From Malacoraja senta (Eukaryota): DNA of 64,000 nt. A program made the translations under genes and the position numbers. Below, one piece after another: positions 1 to 12,609 of the stretch (within the stretch, counting starts at the first letter, position 1; each line of letters starts with the position of its first letter). The stretch covers positions 25,050,001-25,114,000 of the forward strand of contig CM075987.1 of the NCBI GenBank assembly GCA_038087875.1, read 5' to 3'. Below the pieces are notes generated by a model. It saw only the letters and a list, made by a program, of their open reading frames with translations. It was not told the DNA's origin and did no database searches.

Positions 1-416
1 CCTTGTACAGTTTATCAGGTCATTTCACTGGGCGTAGGATCATCTTGGATTTAGTTTCCAATTTGGTATTGACTTGCTCTCGCCAACACTACTAATATCG
101 CTATGTTTTGGAGACTTGTTTTTAAGTTTTTGAATCTCCACTTTGTGAAAACGTCTTCCAAATTATTTTGCTTTTTGTTTGTAACATCATGATGGGGAAA
201 AGGAGCCTGATCCATAGTGAGCACTAGTCCATTGGAAGAAGACATCTAAAAACCAGACCGCTTATTCAACTTAAGTTGGAGACAGAGGGTCATCTAAATG
301 TTAACAGTTGCAGGGACCCTAAATCTGAAGACCAAAGTTTACATAATCCTTGGATGAAAGATCTCAAAACCATGGCAGCCTTAGAGAGGTGTGCTCAGTA
401 AATATTCTGGAGGATT

Positions 417-1150
417 CAAGAGCGGAACTCGCTATCAAAACATGGAGGGGACGGGGGACACAATTTTTTGGCGGCCACGCGCGCATGCGCACACTCACAC
501 ACACACACGCGCGCGAGGCTTCGGAGGCTCAATCCAGCGCTAGATGCAGCTCAACTCTGCCTGTCTTCACCGGGTTAACTACAGCCCTGCCTGGGCTGAC
601 AGGTTACCAGCGCTGCTTCTCCGCGCAGGCCATATTTCCCGCAAGTCCAGGAAGGGTAGTAAGCTCACCTGGCGGGACAGGCAGAGTTAGCTGGGTTTAG
701 CGCTGTTTCTCTGCGCTGGCCCGTCTGACTGCTGACCAAAGATCCTATAGCGGAGGATCTTTGCTGCCGACCTCTCTGGCCACCCGCGGGGGGGGGGGGG
801 GAGGGGGTACTCGGGTGGGGACGGGACAGCGCCGGAGACCCGGCCGGGATCGATCCTGCCTGCGGATGAAGCGCAGGTCTGTGCCACGTCTCCCTCCTCC
901 AATCACCGCACTCTATCCTCAGTCCCACCCCACCCCCCCACTCATCCCTCCTCCAATCATCGCGCCGAATCATGTCCCGCCCCCATTGCCTGCTGACCGA
1001 CGTCTCTCTCCTCCAATCGGCGCCCTCGATCACCGGATTTTAAAATCAGGATTACAAAAACTTGGGGGGATGTCCCCCACCTCTCAAAACATGGTGGGGA
1101 TGTGTCCCCTCTGCCCCCCTCCCCCCCCCCCCCTGGGTTTTCCGCCCCTG
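417..1150. mobile_element. Non-autonomous hAT-type DNA transposon, GC/CpG-rich
   Basis: Perfect 8-bp TSD GGAGGATT at 409-416 and 1151-1158. Imperfect TIRs: CAAGAGCGGAACTC vs reverse complement CAGGGGCGGAAAAC. Subterminal repeat TCAAAACATGG(A/T)GGGGA near both ends; internal CTCCTCCAATC repeats. Confidence 0.75.
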
Positions 1151-1194
1151 GGAGGATTGGAAGAAACATACGAGAGAAGGGCGGCACAGTGGTG

Positions 1195-1341
1195 CCGTAC
1201 GTCTTCGGAGTGTGGGAGGAAACCGGAGCTCTTGGGGGAAAACCCACGCAGGTCACGGGGAGAACGTTCAAACTCCGTACGGACAGCACTTTCTCTGGCA
1301 CTGTAGGGCAGCAACTCTGTCGCTGCGCCACCATGCTGCCC
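1195..1341 (-). mobile_element. HE1-like tRNA-derived V-SINE, partial
   Basis: Reverse complement of the SINE head and the V-domain GTTTCCTCCCACACTCC. Confidence 0.8.
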
Positions 1342-1348
1342 ATAACAG

Positions 1349-1862
1349 GTTTAGTTTAGTTTAGTTTAGTTTATTGTCACATGTACTAAGGTACAGTGAA
1401 AAGCTTTTTGTTTCGGGAGGAACTGCAGATGCTGGTTTCAGTCGAAGACTGAAACTAAATGCTGGAATAACTCAAGGGGTCAGGCAGAATCTCTGGAGAA
1501 AAGCAATAGGTGACGTTTCGGGTCAAGATTTTTGTCGTGTGCTAACCAGTCAGCGGAAAGATAATACATGATTACAATCGAGCCGTTCACAGTGTGCAGA
1601 CACATAATAAAGGGCATAACCTAAATAATGTTTAGTGCAAGATAAAGTCAGTAAAGTCTGATCCAAGATAGTCTGAGGGTCTCCAATGAGGCAGGTAGCA
1701 GTTCAGGACTCCTCTCTAGTTGTTGGTAGGATGGTTCAGTTGCCTGATAACAGCTGGGAAGAAACTGTCCCTGAATCTGGAGGTGTGCGTTTTTACACTT
1801 CTATACCTTTTGCCCGATGGGAGAGGGGAGAAGAGGGAGTGGCTAGGGTGCAACTGCTCTCT
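1349..1862 (-). mobile_element. Rex1/Babar-type LINE 3' end, interrupted by a Penelope fragment (about 1414-1530)
   Basis: Minus strand encodes [30 protein letters not shown], like the C-terminus of the 57844-60174 ORF; (AAACT)n tail. Confidence 0.75.
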
Positions 1863-1982
1863 GGTTGAATGCACCCGGGACTATGCTGTTGAAACAGGGT
1901 GGTCTTCTGGTGGGAAGTGAACTTACGGCACTGAAAGAAGCCCTGTTATATTTTCAATGGTTCCAACTATTGAATGGTTCCA

Positions 1983-2268
1983 GGGTGGCACGGTGGTGCA
2001 GCAGTAGAGTTGCTGCCTTGTAGCACTTTCAGCGCCAAAGACCCAGGTTCTATCCCGACGATGGGTGCTGTCTGCAAGGAGTTTATACGTTCTCCACATG
2101 ATCGCAAGAGTTTTCTCAGAGATCTTCGGTTTCCTCCCAAACTCCAAAGGTTAATTGGCTTTGTATAAATGCAAAATTGCCGCTAGTGTAGGGCAGCGTT
2201 AGTGTGTGGGGTCGCTGGTCGGCGCGGACTCACAGAAGGGCCTGCTTCCGCGCTGTATCTCTAAACTA
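1983..2268 (+). mobile_element. HE1-like V-SINE
   Basis: GGTGGCACGGTGGTGCAGCAGTAG tRNA-like head, B-box-like GGTTCTATCC, V-domain, 3' end GAAGGGCCTGCTTCCGCGCTGTATCTCTAAAC. Confidence 0.85.
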
Positions 2269-2440
2269 TCCCAACATTTAAGAAACAGTTAGACTGGTGC
2301 ATGGATGTGACAGTTTCGGAGGGATATGAACCAAACGCGGGCAGGTGGGACTAGTGTAGCTGGGACATGTTGGCCGGTGTGGGCTAGTTGGGTCGAAGGG
2401 CCTGTTTCCACGCTGTATCATTCTATGACTCTATGATTCA
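2265..2440 (+). mobile_element. CR1 (HER1-like) LINE 3' end
   Basis: 3' UTR ending GAAGGGCCTGTTTCCACGCTGTATCATTCTATGACTCTATG. Confidence 0.8.
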
Positions 2441-2707
2441 AACTAAACTAAACTAAACCACAATCTCAAACTGATGGATATTCAACTGGCTTTGGGCTTA
2501 AGGCCACAAAGTGGTAATTAAAATTCGCTTATGAAAGATGTTTAGAAGGTATCTGTATTATAAATAGGCCGGGATAAGTTCTCCTGTCACCAACATCTGA
2601 TCAATGTGCAACATGCATGGCCTCAGCAGTCAACATCGCTTTGTCAGCCTTTATTTTCATTTCAAAAATAAACTTCGTCCATAAAACACATATAAACACA
2701 GATATAG

Positions 2708-2790
2708 TCAAGTCAAGTCAAGTCAAGTCACATTTATTTATATAGCACATTTAAAAAACAACTCTCGTTGGCCAAAGTGCTTTACATTTG
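2708..2790 (-). mobile_element. L2-like LINE 3' tail
   Basis: (GTCAA)n followed by TTTATTTATATAGCACATTT...AAAGTGCTTTACA, similar to 63825-64000. Confidence 0.55.
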
Positions 2791-3595
2791 TTATAAGAAT
2801 AGCACAAACAAAACAAACTACAAGGCATGGATTTTTTTGCATTCACAGTGTCACCAGTCTATACATTCATGTCATCATATTTGCCCTGCTATCAAGTAGC
2901 TAAATTCTATGTATAAAATATCAAAGGGTGTGAGAAGGAACTGCAGATGCTGGTTTAAACCAAAGATAGACTCAAAAAGTTGGAGTAATTCAGCGGGACA
3001 GGCAGCATCTCTGGAGAGAAGGAATGGGCGATGTTTAGTGTCAAGACCCTTCTTCAGACACAAAACATCATCCATTCCTTCACTCCAGAGATGCTGCTTG
3101 AATTCCGAAGGTTAATTGGGTTCAGTAAAATTGTAAATTGTTCCTGGTGTGCGTACGATAGTGTTAGTGTGTGGCGATCTCTGGTCGGCACGGACTCGGT
3201 GGGCCAAAGGGCTTGTTTCTGCGCAGTATCTCTAAACTAAACTAAAAATAGGTTAGTAGTAGGAGAAACAGTTTGGGCTTTGGGTCAATGGTCGTTCATC
3301 AAAACTTTATCTGTATCTGATGAAGGATTAATACATCTCTATTCCCCTCTCTGGAGATGCTGCCTGACCTGAATATCTCCAGGACTTTAAAAATATATAT
3401 TTTTACATTAGGAGATAATTGTTTGTAAAAGAAAACACACATTTGAAAAGTACTTTCATACGCTGAAGACTTTCCAAACATAACCCCATCCAATTAACAG
3501 TTTGGAAGTGTGGTTCATGTATCATTTTGAGGAGCAAAGTAGTCAGTTAGAAAATTCCTATGCAGTGCTATAAATGGTCTGATAATTAATTTTAC

Positions 3596-3799
3596 TGTGC
3601 AGGAAGGAACTGCAGGTGCTGGTTTAAATCGAAGATAGACACAAAATGCTGGAGTAACTCAGGGGAACAGGCAGCATCTCTGGAGAGAAGGAATGGGCGA
3701 CGCTTCGGGTGGAGAAGGGTCTCGACCCGAAACGTCACCCATTCCTTCTCTCCAGAGATGCTGCCTGTCCCGTTGAGTTACTCCAGCATTTTGTGTCTA
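3596..3799. mobile_element. Penelope-derived fold-back (inverted pLTR) element
   Basis: Arm AGACACAAAATGCTGGAGTAACTC...GAAGGAATGGGCGACG followed by its reverse complement; partial hammerhead core GGGTCTCGACCCGAAACGTC. Confidence 0.75.
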
Positions 3800-4164
3800 A
3801 CTAACTACTTTTACTGAATTGTTTCTTTGGAGGTGCGAATACTGGCCAAGATACTGAGAGAATTCCAGTTTTCCTCCTGCGAACTCCAGAGTAGACTCGA
3901 TGGGCCGAATGGCCTAATTCTGGTTCTGCGTCTTCTGGTCTTATTCCGCAAAATGTACCCAACTTATTCTGCAACCACCCAAGCACTGCTTTGAACTAAC
4001 AATTGGGATTGTGTTCCTGAGGCTGATTTCATCATTGCTTGCAAGATAACTGGCATCAGAAACCACATAAAACAAATAAGAAAACAACTGGGAACCACAA
4101 TTGGAAATGAAGTTGATTTGATGTTTGCCACCAAAGCACACAGTTCTCCTGTACCAACCACCTT

Positions 4165-4610
4165 AGAATATACGAATTAAAGCAGGGATGTAATCCTGAG
4201 GCTTTGTAGGGTGATGGTCAGGCGGTATTTGGAGCATTGTGAGCAGCTTTTGGGCCCCATATCTGAGGAGCGATTTGCTGGCGTTGGAGTTGGTCCAGAG
4301 TAGGTTTACCAGAATGTTCCCTGGGATGAGTGGGTTAACGTGTGATGAGCGTTTGATGGCCCCGGGCCTGTACTTGCTGGAGTACAGAAGGATGAAAGAG
4401 GGATATCATTGAGACTTACTGAAAAGTGAAAGACCTGGATAGAGTGGATGTGGAGAGAATGTTTTCACTAGTGGGAGAGTGTAGGACTAGAGGACACAGC
4501 CTCAGAATAAATGGATGTAACATTAGAAAGGAGATAAGGAGGAATTTCTTTATTCATGTGGATTGCTGACTTATTGCACAGAGGCTTGTGGTGGAAGGCC
4601 AATATTCAGG
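4165..4610 (+). mobile_element. Degraded CR1 LINE RT fragment
   Basis: Aligns by eye with the other CR1 copies (e.g. GGGAGAGTGTAGGACTAGAGGACACAGCCTCAGAATAA). Confidence 0.7.
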
Positions 4611-4626
4611 TTTTGGTTTTTAATTT

Positions 4627-4838
4627 CAGAGATACTGCGCGGAAACAGGCCCTTCGGCCCACCAAGTCCGCACCGACCAATACTAACACTATCCTACACA
4701 CACAAGGGACCAAGCTAACATCTTTGGAGTGTGGGAGGAAACCAGAGCTCCCGGAGAAAACAGATAGCACCTGTAGTCAGGATCGAACCCTGGTCTCTGG
4801 CGCTGTAAGGCGGAAACTCTACCGCTGCACCACCGTGC
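4627..4838 (-). mobile_element. HE1-like V-SINE with internal deletion
   Basis: Reverse-complement SINE tail and head. Confidence 0.8.
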
Positions 4839-5106
4839 ATGAAGAGAGAATTGGATAATGTATAAAATAAGCAAGCACACATTGGAAGATAACTTAATCC
4901 AACTAATTCTATTAAAAGGGATTAACTTTCATAAACACTGGTTGTATTAAATCTTCAACAAAAGAACAGGTTTCAAAATTGATTCCAATATCAGGTAGCG
5001 ATTGTAAATCTTAATGAATATGTAGATAACTGGGCATGAAAAATGGATTAGATAAAGGTGTGCTGAGGAGGACTGGTTTAGCAAGAGCTCAGGTAAAGGG
5101 CTTTAT

Positions 5107-8100
5107 TATTATTATTTTTTTTTTTTGGAATTATTTTTTATTGGAGGTAGATACATATCATATTAAAATCGATACCAGTCTTACATTTTTATAAATTACT
5201 AATATCGTCCATTATTATTACAATGTCTCCAATACTTTAAAAAAAAAATTTTTTTTTAACTAAATAGAACTAAAAAGATAGATGAAATAAGGAAAGAAAG
5301 AGAAAAAAGAGAAGAAACAAAAAAAACCCCAAAACAAAACAAAAAAACAAAAACAAAAAAAACAAAAAAAGAAAAAAAGAAAAAGATAATAGAGAAGAAT
5401 GGAATAATTTACTACGATAAAAAACTTCATTGGAGATATATTCGTACATTTCAGAGTATAACCTTTCATCTATTCCTTGGCACGGGTGTTAGTCAGGTTC
5501 TCGTGCTGAACCATTCTGACCCTTTAAATAGTCAATAAAGGGAGACCATGTTCCGACGAATAGTTCCTGTTTGTCCAACAGGACAAGTCTAATTCTTTCC
5601 AAGTGTAAGGTCTCCGTCATTTCAATAATCCACATTTTAATTGTGGGGGTTATAGGGCCTTTCCAAAATTTTAGAATTAATTTTTTCCCAGTTATTATAC
5701 TATAATCAATAAAGTTTCTTTGAGTTGATGTAAATGTTTGATTTAGTTCTAATGTTCCAAGTATTATTAATTTTGGTTCCGGGTCCAATTGAATGCTAGT
5801 CACTTTAGATATTATTGTGAAAATATTTACCCAGAAATTTTTAATTTTTATGCAATTTGCAAACATATGAGATAAGTTAGCTTCTAAATGTTGACATTTA
5901 TCACATATTGGTGAGATATGTGGGAAGAATTTATTTAATTTTGTTTTAGAATAATGTAACCTATGTATTACTTTGAATTGTATTAGAGAATGTCTGGCAT
6001 TTAATGAACATTGATGTATGTGTTGTAAACTTTCTTCCCAAGTATCTTTCGTTATTATTTGATTTAGTTCTTTTTCCCAAGTTTGTCTGTGTAAGTCCGT
6101 CAATGGAATATCACTGTCTAATAAAATATTATATATATAAGATATTCGTTTTTCTGTATTAGGCTGTTTATTCCAACAGTCGTCAAAAATTTCTGAATTT
6201 CTAATTCTAAAATTTCGAGTATTTGCTTTTACGTAATCTCTAAGTTGAAGATATCTGAAAAAATCATTTACTTGAAGTCCATAAATCTGTTGCAACTCCT
6301 GAAATGAAAGAAAAGTGCCTTCCTTATAAAGTTGTCCCATCTTTTTAATTCCATAGTTTTTCCATTGTGTGAAACCTTTGTCCAACCATGAGGGCTTAAA
6401 CAAAGGGTTATTCGCAATTGGAAGAAAAAGTGATGAATTATCTAGTTTTAATGTCTTTTTTAATTGTTTCCAAATTCGCATAGTACTATATATTATAGGA
6501 GTTTCCCTATAATTTTTTTTATTTAATTTAGAAGTAGCAAATAGCATCGAGCCGATTTCAAAAGGTGAGCAATCTTCCTTTTCCATTTTTAACCAATCTG
6601 GTTGTTGATCTATTTCTTCCAACCAAAAATTCATATTTTTAATGTTAACTGCCCAAAAATAAAACAAAAAGTTTGGTAAAACCAAACCTCCATTTGTTTT
6701 TGATTTGCACAAATGTTTTTTGCTTATCCTATGATTCTTATAATCCAAGATAAAGTCACTGACAATGGAATCTAACTTTTTTTTAAAGTTTTTTGACAAG
6801 TATATCGGAATTGTTTGAAAAAGGTATAATATTTGCGGTAAGAAAATCATTTTTATGGCATTAATTTTGCCAACCATTGAGATAGGAAGTGTTTTCCAAT
6901 ACTGAATATTCTTATGTAGTTTATTCAGTAATGGAGGAAAGTTTGCTTTAAATAATGATGTATATGTCTTAGTAACATAAATGCCTAGGTATTTAAAATT
7001 TTCATTTACTATTTTAAATGGAAATTGTTGTATTATATGTTTATTATGTTCCCTTATTGGCATAATCACACTTTTATTCCAATTTATTCTGTATCCTGAG
7101 AGTGAACCAAATTGGGTTATTAGCTTTAATAAATTTGGAATACTCATTTCTGGTTTTGTAATGTAAATTAATACATCATCTGCGTAAAAATAAATTGTAT
7201 TCACTGTATCCTTTGTGTTATACCCATATATTTCCGGATGGGTCCTGACTCTTTCTGCGAGTGGCTCTATAACAAGCGCAAATAATAATGGAGACAACGG
7301 GCATCGTTGTCTACAACCTCTAGATAGGTTACATTTAGATGATAACCTTTGGTTTGTTAATATTCTAGTCGTAGGGTTGGTATATAATAGTTTTATCCAT
7401 GCACAAAATTTCTCGCCCAGCTGCAATTTTTCCATCACCGAAAATAAATAGGGCCATTCCACCTTATCAAAAGCTTTTTCAGCATCGAGTGAGATTATTG
7501 CTAGATCTTCATTAATATTTCTCTTTGAATATATTATATTAAATAATCTTCTTAAATTGTAATATGAATACCGCTTCTGAATAAAACCTGTTTGGTCAGG
7601 GTGTATTAGTTTATTCATCACTGTACTTAATCTGTGCGCTAAAATTTTTGTTAGTATTTTCTGATCTGTATTTAAAAGTGCAATTGCTCTATATGATCCT
7701 GGATCTTCCGGATCCTTATCAGCATTAGGAATAAGTGTTATTATAGATTCATTTAAGGTATCTGGAAGTTTCTGTTGAGTATAAATATGTTCATACAGCA
7801 TTTGTAAACGTGGAGAAAGCAAATCATAATTTTTTTTATAGAATTCAGAGCCTAAACCATCTGGTCCTACTGCTTTACCATTTTTTAAAGATCCAATAGA
7901 CTCTTCAATATCTTTTATCTTAATCTCCGCTTCTAATAATTCTCTATCTTTTGAATCTAAACCTTTTAAATTACATTTTTGTAAAAAATCTGCTATTCCT
8001 TCTGGTTGTACTGCAGTTTTAGTTGAGTAAAGATTATGATAGTATTGGAGAAATCTCTCGTTTATATCCATGGGCAATTTTAATAATTCTCCTGTATCTG

Positions 8101-8805
8101 CTCTAATTTTATGAATTATTCTTTCCCCCCTCCATTTTTCGTAGCTGACGTGCCAATAGTTTTTGTGGTTTGTCTCCAAACTCAAAATGTAATTGTTTAG
8201 TATGTTGATAAAGTTTTATTACTTGTTCTGAATACATTTTGTTTAGTTTATATTTCAGTACAGCAATTTTGTTATGTTTTAACATAGATGGCATTTTCGC
8301 ATTTTCTATATCTAGTTGCCTTATTTCCCTTTCCAGTGTTTGTTGTTTAATCCGGTTCTCTTTGTTATAAAATACTTGGGCAGAAATTAATGCGCCTCGG
8401 ACAAACGCTTTAAATGTTTCCCAAATAAGAGAGACAGATGTGTCAGGGTTGTCATTTGCCTCAAAAAATGTTTGCATCTGTTTAATAAGATATTCCTGAC
8501 ATGATCTTTCATTCAATATTTGTGGGTTAAATCTCCAATATGTTTGTTTCTCGGACATTCCATTTAATTTAATCATAAATGTTACCGGTGCGTGGTCTGA
8601 GATTATAATATTATGGTATTTTGAGTTATAAGTAAATGGGATAAACGTGGAGTCAACTAAAAAATAATCTAATCTTTGAGTATGTTTTATGTACCGGTGA
8701 GTAAAATGAGTATTCCCGTCCAGTTGGGTTTTCAATTCTCCAGACATCCTTAATATTAGTGGTATTAATAAATGAATTTAAAAATACACTTGATTGAGAT
8801 TTTAC
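5107..8805 (-). mobile_element. L1-clade LINE, 5'-truncated, young
   Basis: Perfect 13-bp TSD TAAAGGGCTTTAT at 5094-5106 and 8806-8818; poly(A) tail (T-run about 5114-5126); ORF2 with EN C-terminus, RT and CCHC. Confidence 0.93.
5489..8747 (-). pseudogene. L1 ORF2p (AP endonuclease C-terminus, reverse transcriptase, CCHC knuckle), split by one frameshift
   Basis: ORF 8109-8747 has RLDYFL and SDHAPV (EN). ORF 5489-8185 has GPDG, YRAIALLNTD, LDAEKAFDKVEW, YADD and CDKCQHLEANLSHMFANC. Frameshift lies in the homopolymers at about 8125-8139; QGCPLSP is mutated to QRCPLSP. Confidence 0.92.
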
Positions 8806-9034
8806 TAAAGGGCTTTATGATCGGCAGAATGAAAGATCACAAAGGATTAATGAGGCCTCTTAAATATAGCCTGGCCTCCAGCATTAAATGTAGTATTGGT
8901 TCCAGGTCAAAAAATTATAACACAGGCTAGATGGGAAGATATTATTTGGGACCAGTCTACAAGGAACTCATGATTAGCGAGTTACTGTTGGATACCAACA
9001 ATGATTACACTGCTTGCCCAACATCAGGATAATA

Positions 9035-9301
9035 GTTTCGTTTAGTTTAGAGATACAGCGCGGAAACAGGCCCTTCGGCCCACCGAGTCCGCACTGACCA
9101 GCGATCCCCGCACACGAACACTATCCAGCACTCGGGAGATTTTTTACATTTATACCAAGCCAATTAACCTACAAACCTGTGCATCTTTGGAGTGCGGGAG
9201 GAAACCGAAGTTCTCGAAGAAAACCCACGCAGGTCACGGAGAGAACGTACAAACTCCGTGCAGACAGCACCCGTAGCCAGGATCTGCGCCACCATGCCGC
9301 C
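9035..9301 (-). mobile_element. HE1-like V-SINE
   Basis: Reverse-complement tail, V-domain and partial head. Confidence 0.85.
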
Positions 9302-9364
9302 TGGAATATGGCCCTGAATTTCCAATCTCATGCAGTTTGTCAGAGATAGAGTCAGTGTCATCAG

Positions 9365-9565
9365 TTCATAAATTCTAGGAGCAAAATTTGGCCATTCGGC
9401 CCATCAAGTCTACTCCGCCATTCAATCATGGCTGATGTATATCTCTCCCTCCTAACCCCATTCTCCTGCCTTCTCCCCGTAACCCCTGACACCCGTTCTG
9501 ATCAAGAATCTATCTATCTCTGCCTTAAAAATATCCAATGACTTGTCCTCCACAGCCTTCTGTCT
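9365..9565 (-). mobile_element. CR1 LINE 3' end
   Basis: Encodes [35 protein letters not shown] plus CR1 3' UTR. Confidence 0.8.
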
Positions 9566-10203
9566 GGAGATAATCCAAAACGAAAAACTGATGAAATAAT
9601 CCTGCTCATCACAGACATGTTTTTGGCTGGGTCTTTGTTCATATCCTGTCCTCCAATTTTTAACGAGATTATCAGCAAATGAACGACAGAACTTGGAAGA
9701 TCCTTTGGCTGAAAGTATAGGAACTGGAGACTGCAGGCGTTTGCATCTCACTCATGGAAATAAGAGACATCAGACCTGAGCCAAGATTCACATCATTCCA
9801 TTTTACAGCATCCTGTCCGCATCTTTATTATATCAGTGATTTGGAAATTCTAATTTGAATACATTGAATACTCAAATTACCTTAATTGGTACATGAGACA
9901 ATTAAATTGAATCTTGAATCTTAAGTGAGCAAAATTAACTGAACCATCCTACCAACAACTGGAGAATAGTCCTGAGCTGCTATCTTCCTCATTGGAGAAC
10001 CTCGCACTATCTTTGATCAGACTGGACTATATCTTTACTGGACTATATCTTGCACTAAAAGTCGTTCACGTTATTCCCATTATCATGTATGTGTACAATG
10101 TGGTGTCTTTCTGCTGGCTGGTTAGCACGCAACAAAAGCTTTTCACTGTACCTCGGTACACGTGACAATAAACTAAACACAACTCAACTCTAGTAAAGGA
10201 AAT

Positions 10204-10512
10204 GGGGCGGCACGGTGGCGCAGAGGTAGAGTTGCTGCCTTACAGCACCAGAGACCCGGGTTTGATCCTGACCACGGGTGCTGTCAGTACGGAGTTTGTA
10301 CGTTCTCCCTGTGACCGCGTGGGTTTTCACCAGGTGCTCAGGTTTCCTCCCGCACTCCAAAAAAAGTACAGGTTTGTTGGTTAATTGGCTTCGGTAAAAA
10401 TTGTCCCAAGTGTGTAGGATAGTGCAAGTGTTCGGGATGATTGCTGGTCGGCGTGGCCTCAGTGGGCTGAAGGGCCTGTTTTCGCACTGTGTCTCTAAAG
10501 TCTAAAGTCTAA
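10204..10512 (+). mobile_element. HE1-like V-SINE, full length
   Basis: Head, V-domain and tail with (AAAGTCT)n. Confidence 0.88.
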
Positions 10513-10770
10513 AGAAATGACTAAATACACTGTTGAAGCTTTATTTTATAAACAGAAAACTATGTGAGCAGATGATGTCTAGTACCCTAACTTATACAGA
10601 AGTTTCCTAATTTATTCTGATGTTTATCATTCTATTTACTGATGGCACAAGGCCTTAAGGAACAATGTTTTCATCTGGGTGGATGCCGACCCTTTTCAGG
10701 CCCGATCTTTGTTTCTCTTCCAATCGTCTCCAGCAGCGTCTGCTCAAAACAGAAGTAAATCTTTCACATT

Positions 10771-11067
10771 AGGGCGGGCAGTGGCGCAGCGGTAGAGTTG
10801 CTGCCTTACAGTGCCAGAGACCCGGGTTCGATCCTGACTATGGTTGTTGTCTGTACGGAGTTTGTACCTTCTCCCTGTGACCGCGTGCGCTTTCTCCGGG
10901 TGCCCCGGTTTCCTCCCACACTCCAACGACGTACAGGGATGTAGGTTAATTGACTTTGGTAAAATTGTAAATTGTCCCTAATGTGTGGAGGATAGTGCAA
11001 GTGTACAGGGCGGCACGGACACAGTGGGCCAAAGGGCTTGTTTCCGCGGTTTTATCTCTAAACTAAA
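10771..11067 (+). mobile_element. HE1-like V-SINE, full length
   Basis: GGTTCGATCC B box, V-domain, CR1-type tail. Confidence 0.88.
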
Positions 11068-11247
11068 AGAAGCCAAGAAATATCAAGACCACAGAGGATC
11101 AGTTCTGAAGAAGACAAGAGACTCAGTGTGGCTATCCAATCTACTCCTCGCATGATTTTGTACACCTCTTTAACATCTCCCCCTGCGCTTAACAGCGCCT
11201 CCTGCGCTCCAAGCCTGCTCAACCTCTTCCTACAGGTCGAGACTCTT

Positions 11248-11275
11248 CTGAAGAAGGGTCTCGACCCGAAACGTC
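11248..11275 (+). ncRNA. Minimal hammerhead ribozyme core inside a Penelope pLTR fragment (about 11235-11378)
   Basis: CTGAAGA-A-GGGT(CTCG)ACCC-GAAA-CGTC gives CUGANGA, stem II, GAAA, palindromic ACGU stem III and a GUC cleavage triplet. Confidence 0.65.
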
Positions 11276-11494
11276 ACCCATTCCTTCTCTCCAGAGATGC
11301 TGCCTGTCTCGCTGAGTTACTCCAGCATTTTTGTATCTATCTTCGGTTTAAACCAGCACCTACAGTTCCTTCCTACATATGATGCCCAATATGTGCAGCG
11401 AGGAATGGTATCTTCCGTATACATATTGCGCTGTCCTCATTAAAACACATTCAAATTTATTGTACTTGCCCCTGATACAGCTGATGAATAACAA

Positions 11495-12140
11495 TAGATG
11501 CGCAGAGTCTCTTGCCCAGCGCAGGGGAATCGAGGACCAGAGGACATAGGTTCAAGGTGAAGGAAAAAAGATTTATAACCATATAACCATATAACCATAA
11601 CAGCACGGAAACAGGCCACCTCGGCCCTTCAAGTCCGTGCCGAACATTTTTTATAATTTTTTTTTTAAATTAAAAATAAATACTTCCCCCTAGTCCCATC
11701 TACCTGCACTCAGACCATAACCCTCCATTCCTTTCCCGTCCATATACCCATCCAATCTATTTTTAAAGGATAACATCGAACCTGCCTCCACCACTTCCAC
11801 TGGAAGCTCATTCCACACAGCTACCACTCTCTGAGTAAAGAAGTTCCCCCTAATGTTCCCCCTAAACTTCTGTCCCTTAATTTAATAGGAATCTGAGGGG
11901 TAATTTTTTCACACAAAGGATGGTGGGTGTATGGAACAAGCTGCCAGAGAAAGTAGTTGAGGATGGGACTATCCCATCAGTTAAAAAACAGTTAAACATG
12001 GATAGGACAGGTTTGGAGGGATATGGACCAAGCGCAGGCAGGTGGGACTAGTGTAGCTGGGACATGTTGGCTGGTGTGGGCAAGTTGGACCGGAGGACCT
12101 GGTTCCACACTGTATCACTCTATGACTCTCTGACTCTATT
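11495..12140 (+). mobile_element. CR1 (HER1-like) fragment interrupted by an antisense CR1 3' end (about 11576-11880)
   Basis: Host sequence GAAGGAAAAAGATTT resumes as TTTAATAGGAATCTGAGG at 11881; insert has (TAACCATA)n tail. Confidence 0.7.
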
Positions 12141-12609
12141 GTCACACAATTCTCTGCCAACCTTGGGCTTGAATCAGAACAACATCAATAAATAAGCCCC
12201 ACACGTCTTCAATGAAAGACACGTTATTTCTCCAGCAATTACTTCAATACTTGAATACACACTTCCTAAACACAAGATTGGGTGCTGTTAGTTTTCCATT
12301 TCAATTTGCCCCAGAACATTGTTGTTAAAACCAACATGATCAGGAGAACAAAACAAAAAGATTCACCGCTGGGCCACAAATGACATTTTCTGATATAAAC
12401 TAAAAAAAAACAATGGAAAAAGAAATGCTAATTTTAATTTATTCCTATCTTCTCATTTTGTTCTGAAATCTTCCAAACAAATCTGATTCCAAAAAGGATA
12501 TGGTATCTACTGAGGAATCCCTACTTCACATTCCTATTGGTTTGCCATAGGTGATGATAAGGCTTTTCCACATTTGGTTCCCTATTCTGCAGGTTGAGTT
12601 GGGACCGAA

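Noticed and set aside
51..245. 64-aa ORF beginning MSSSNG
   Set aside because: No recognisable homology; the ATG directly follows a possible splice acceptor, so it is kept only as a weak exon candidate.
350..1364. Overlapping Pro/Gly-rich ORFs and an apparent CpG-island promoter
   Set aside because: Explained by a GC-rich TSD-bounded transposon plus a SINE; no protein motif.
10204..10275. tRNA-like sequences with A and B boxes (about 30 copies)
   Set aside because: They are SINE heads that continue into the V-domain, not tRNA genes.
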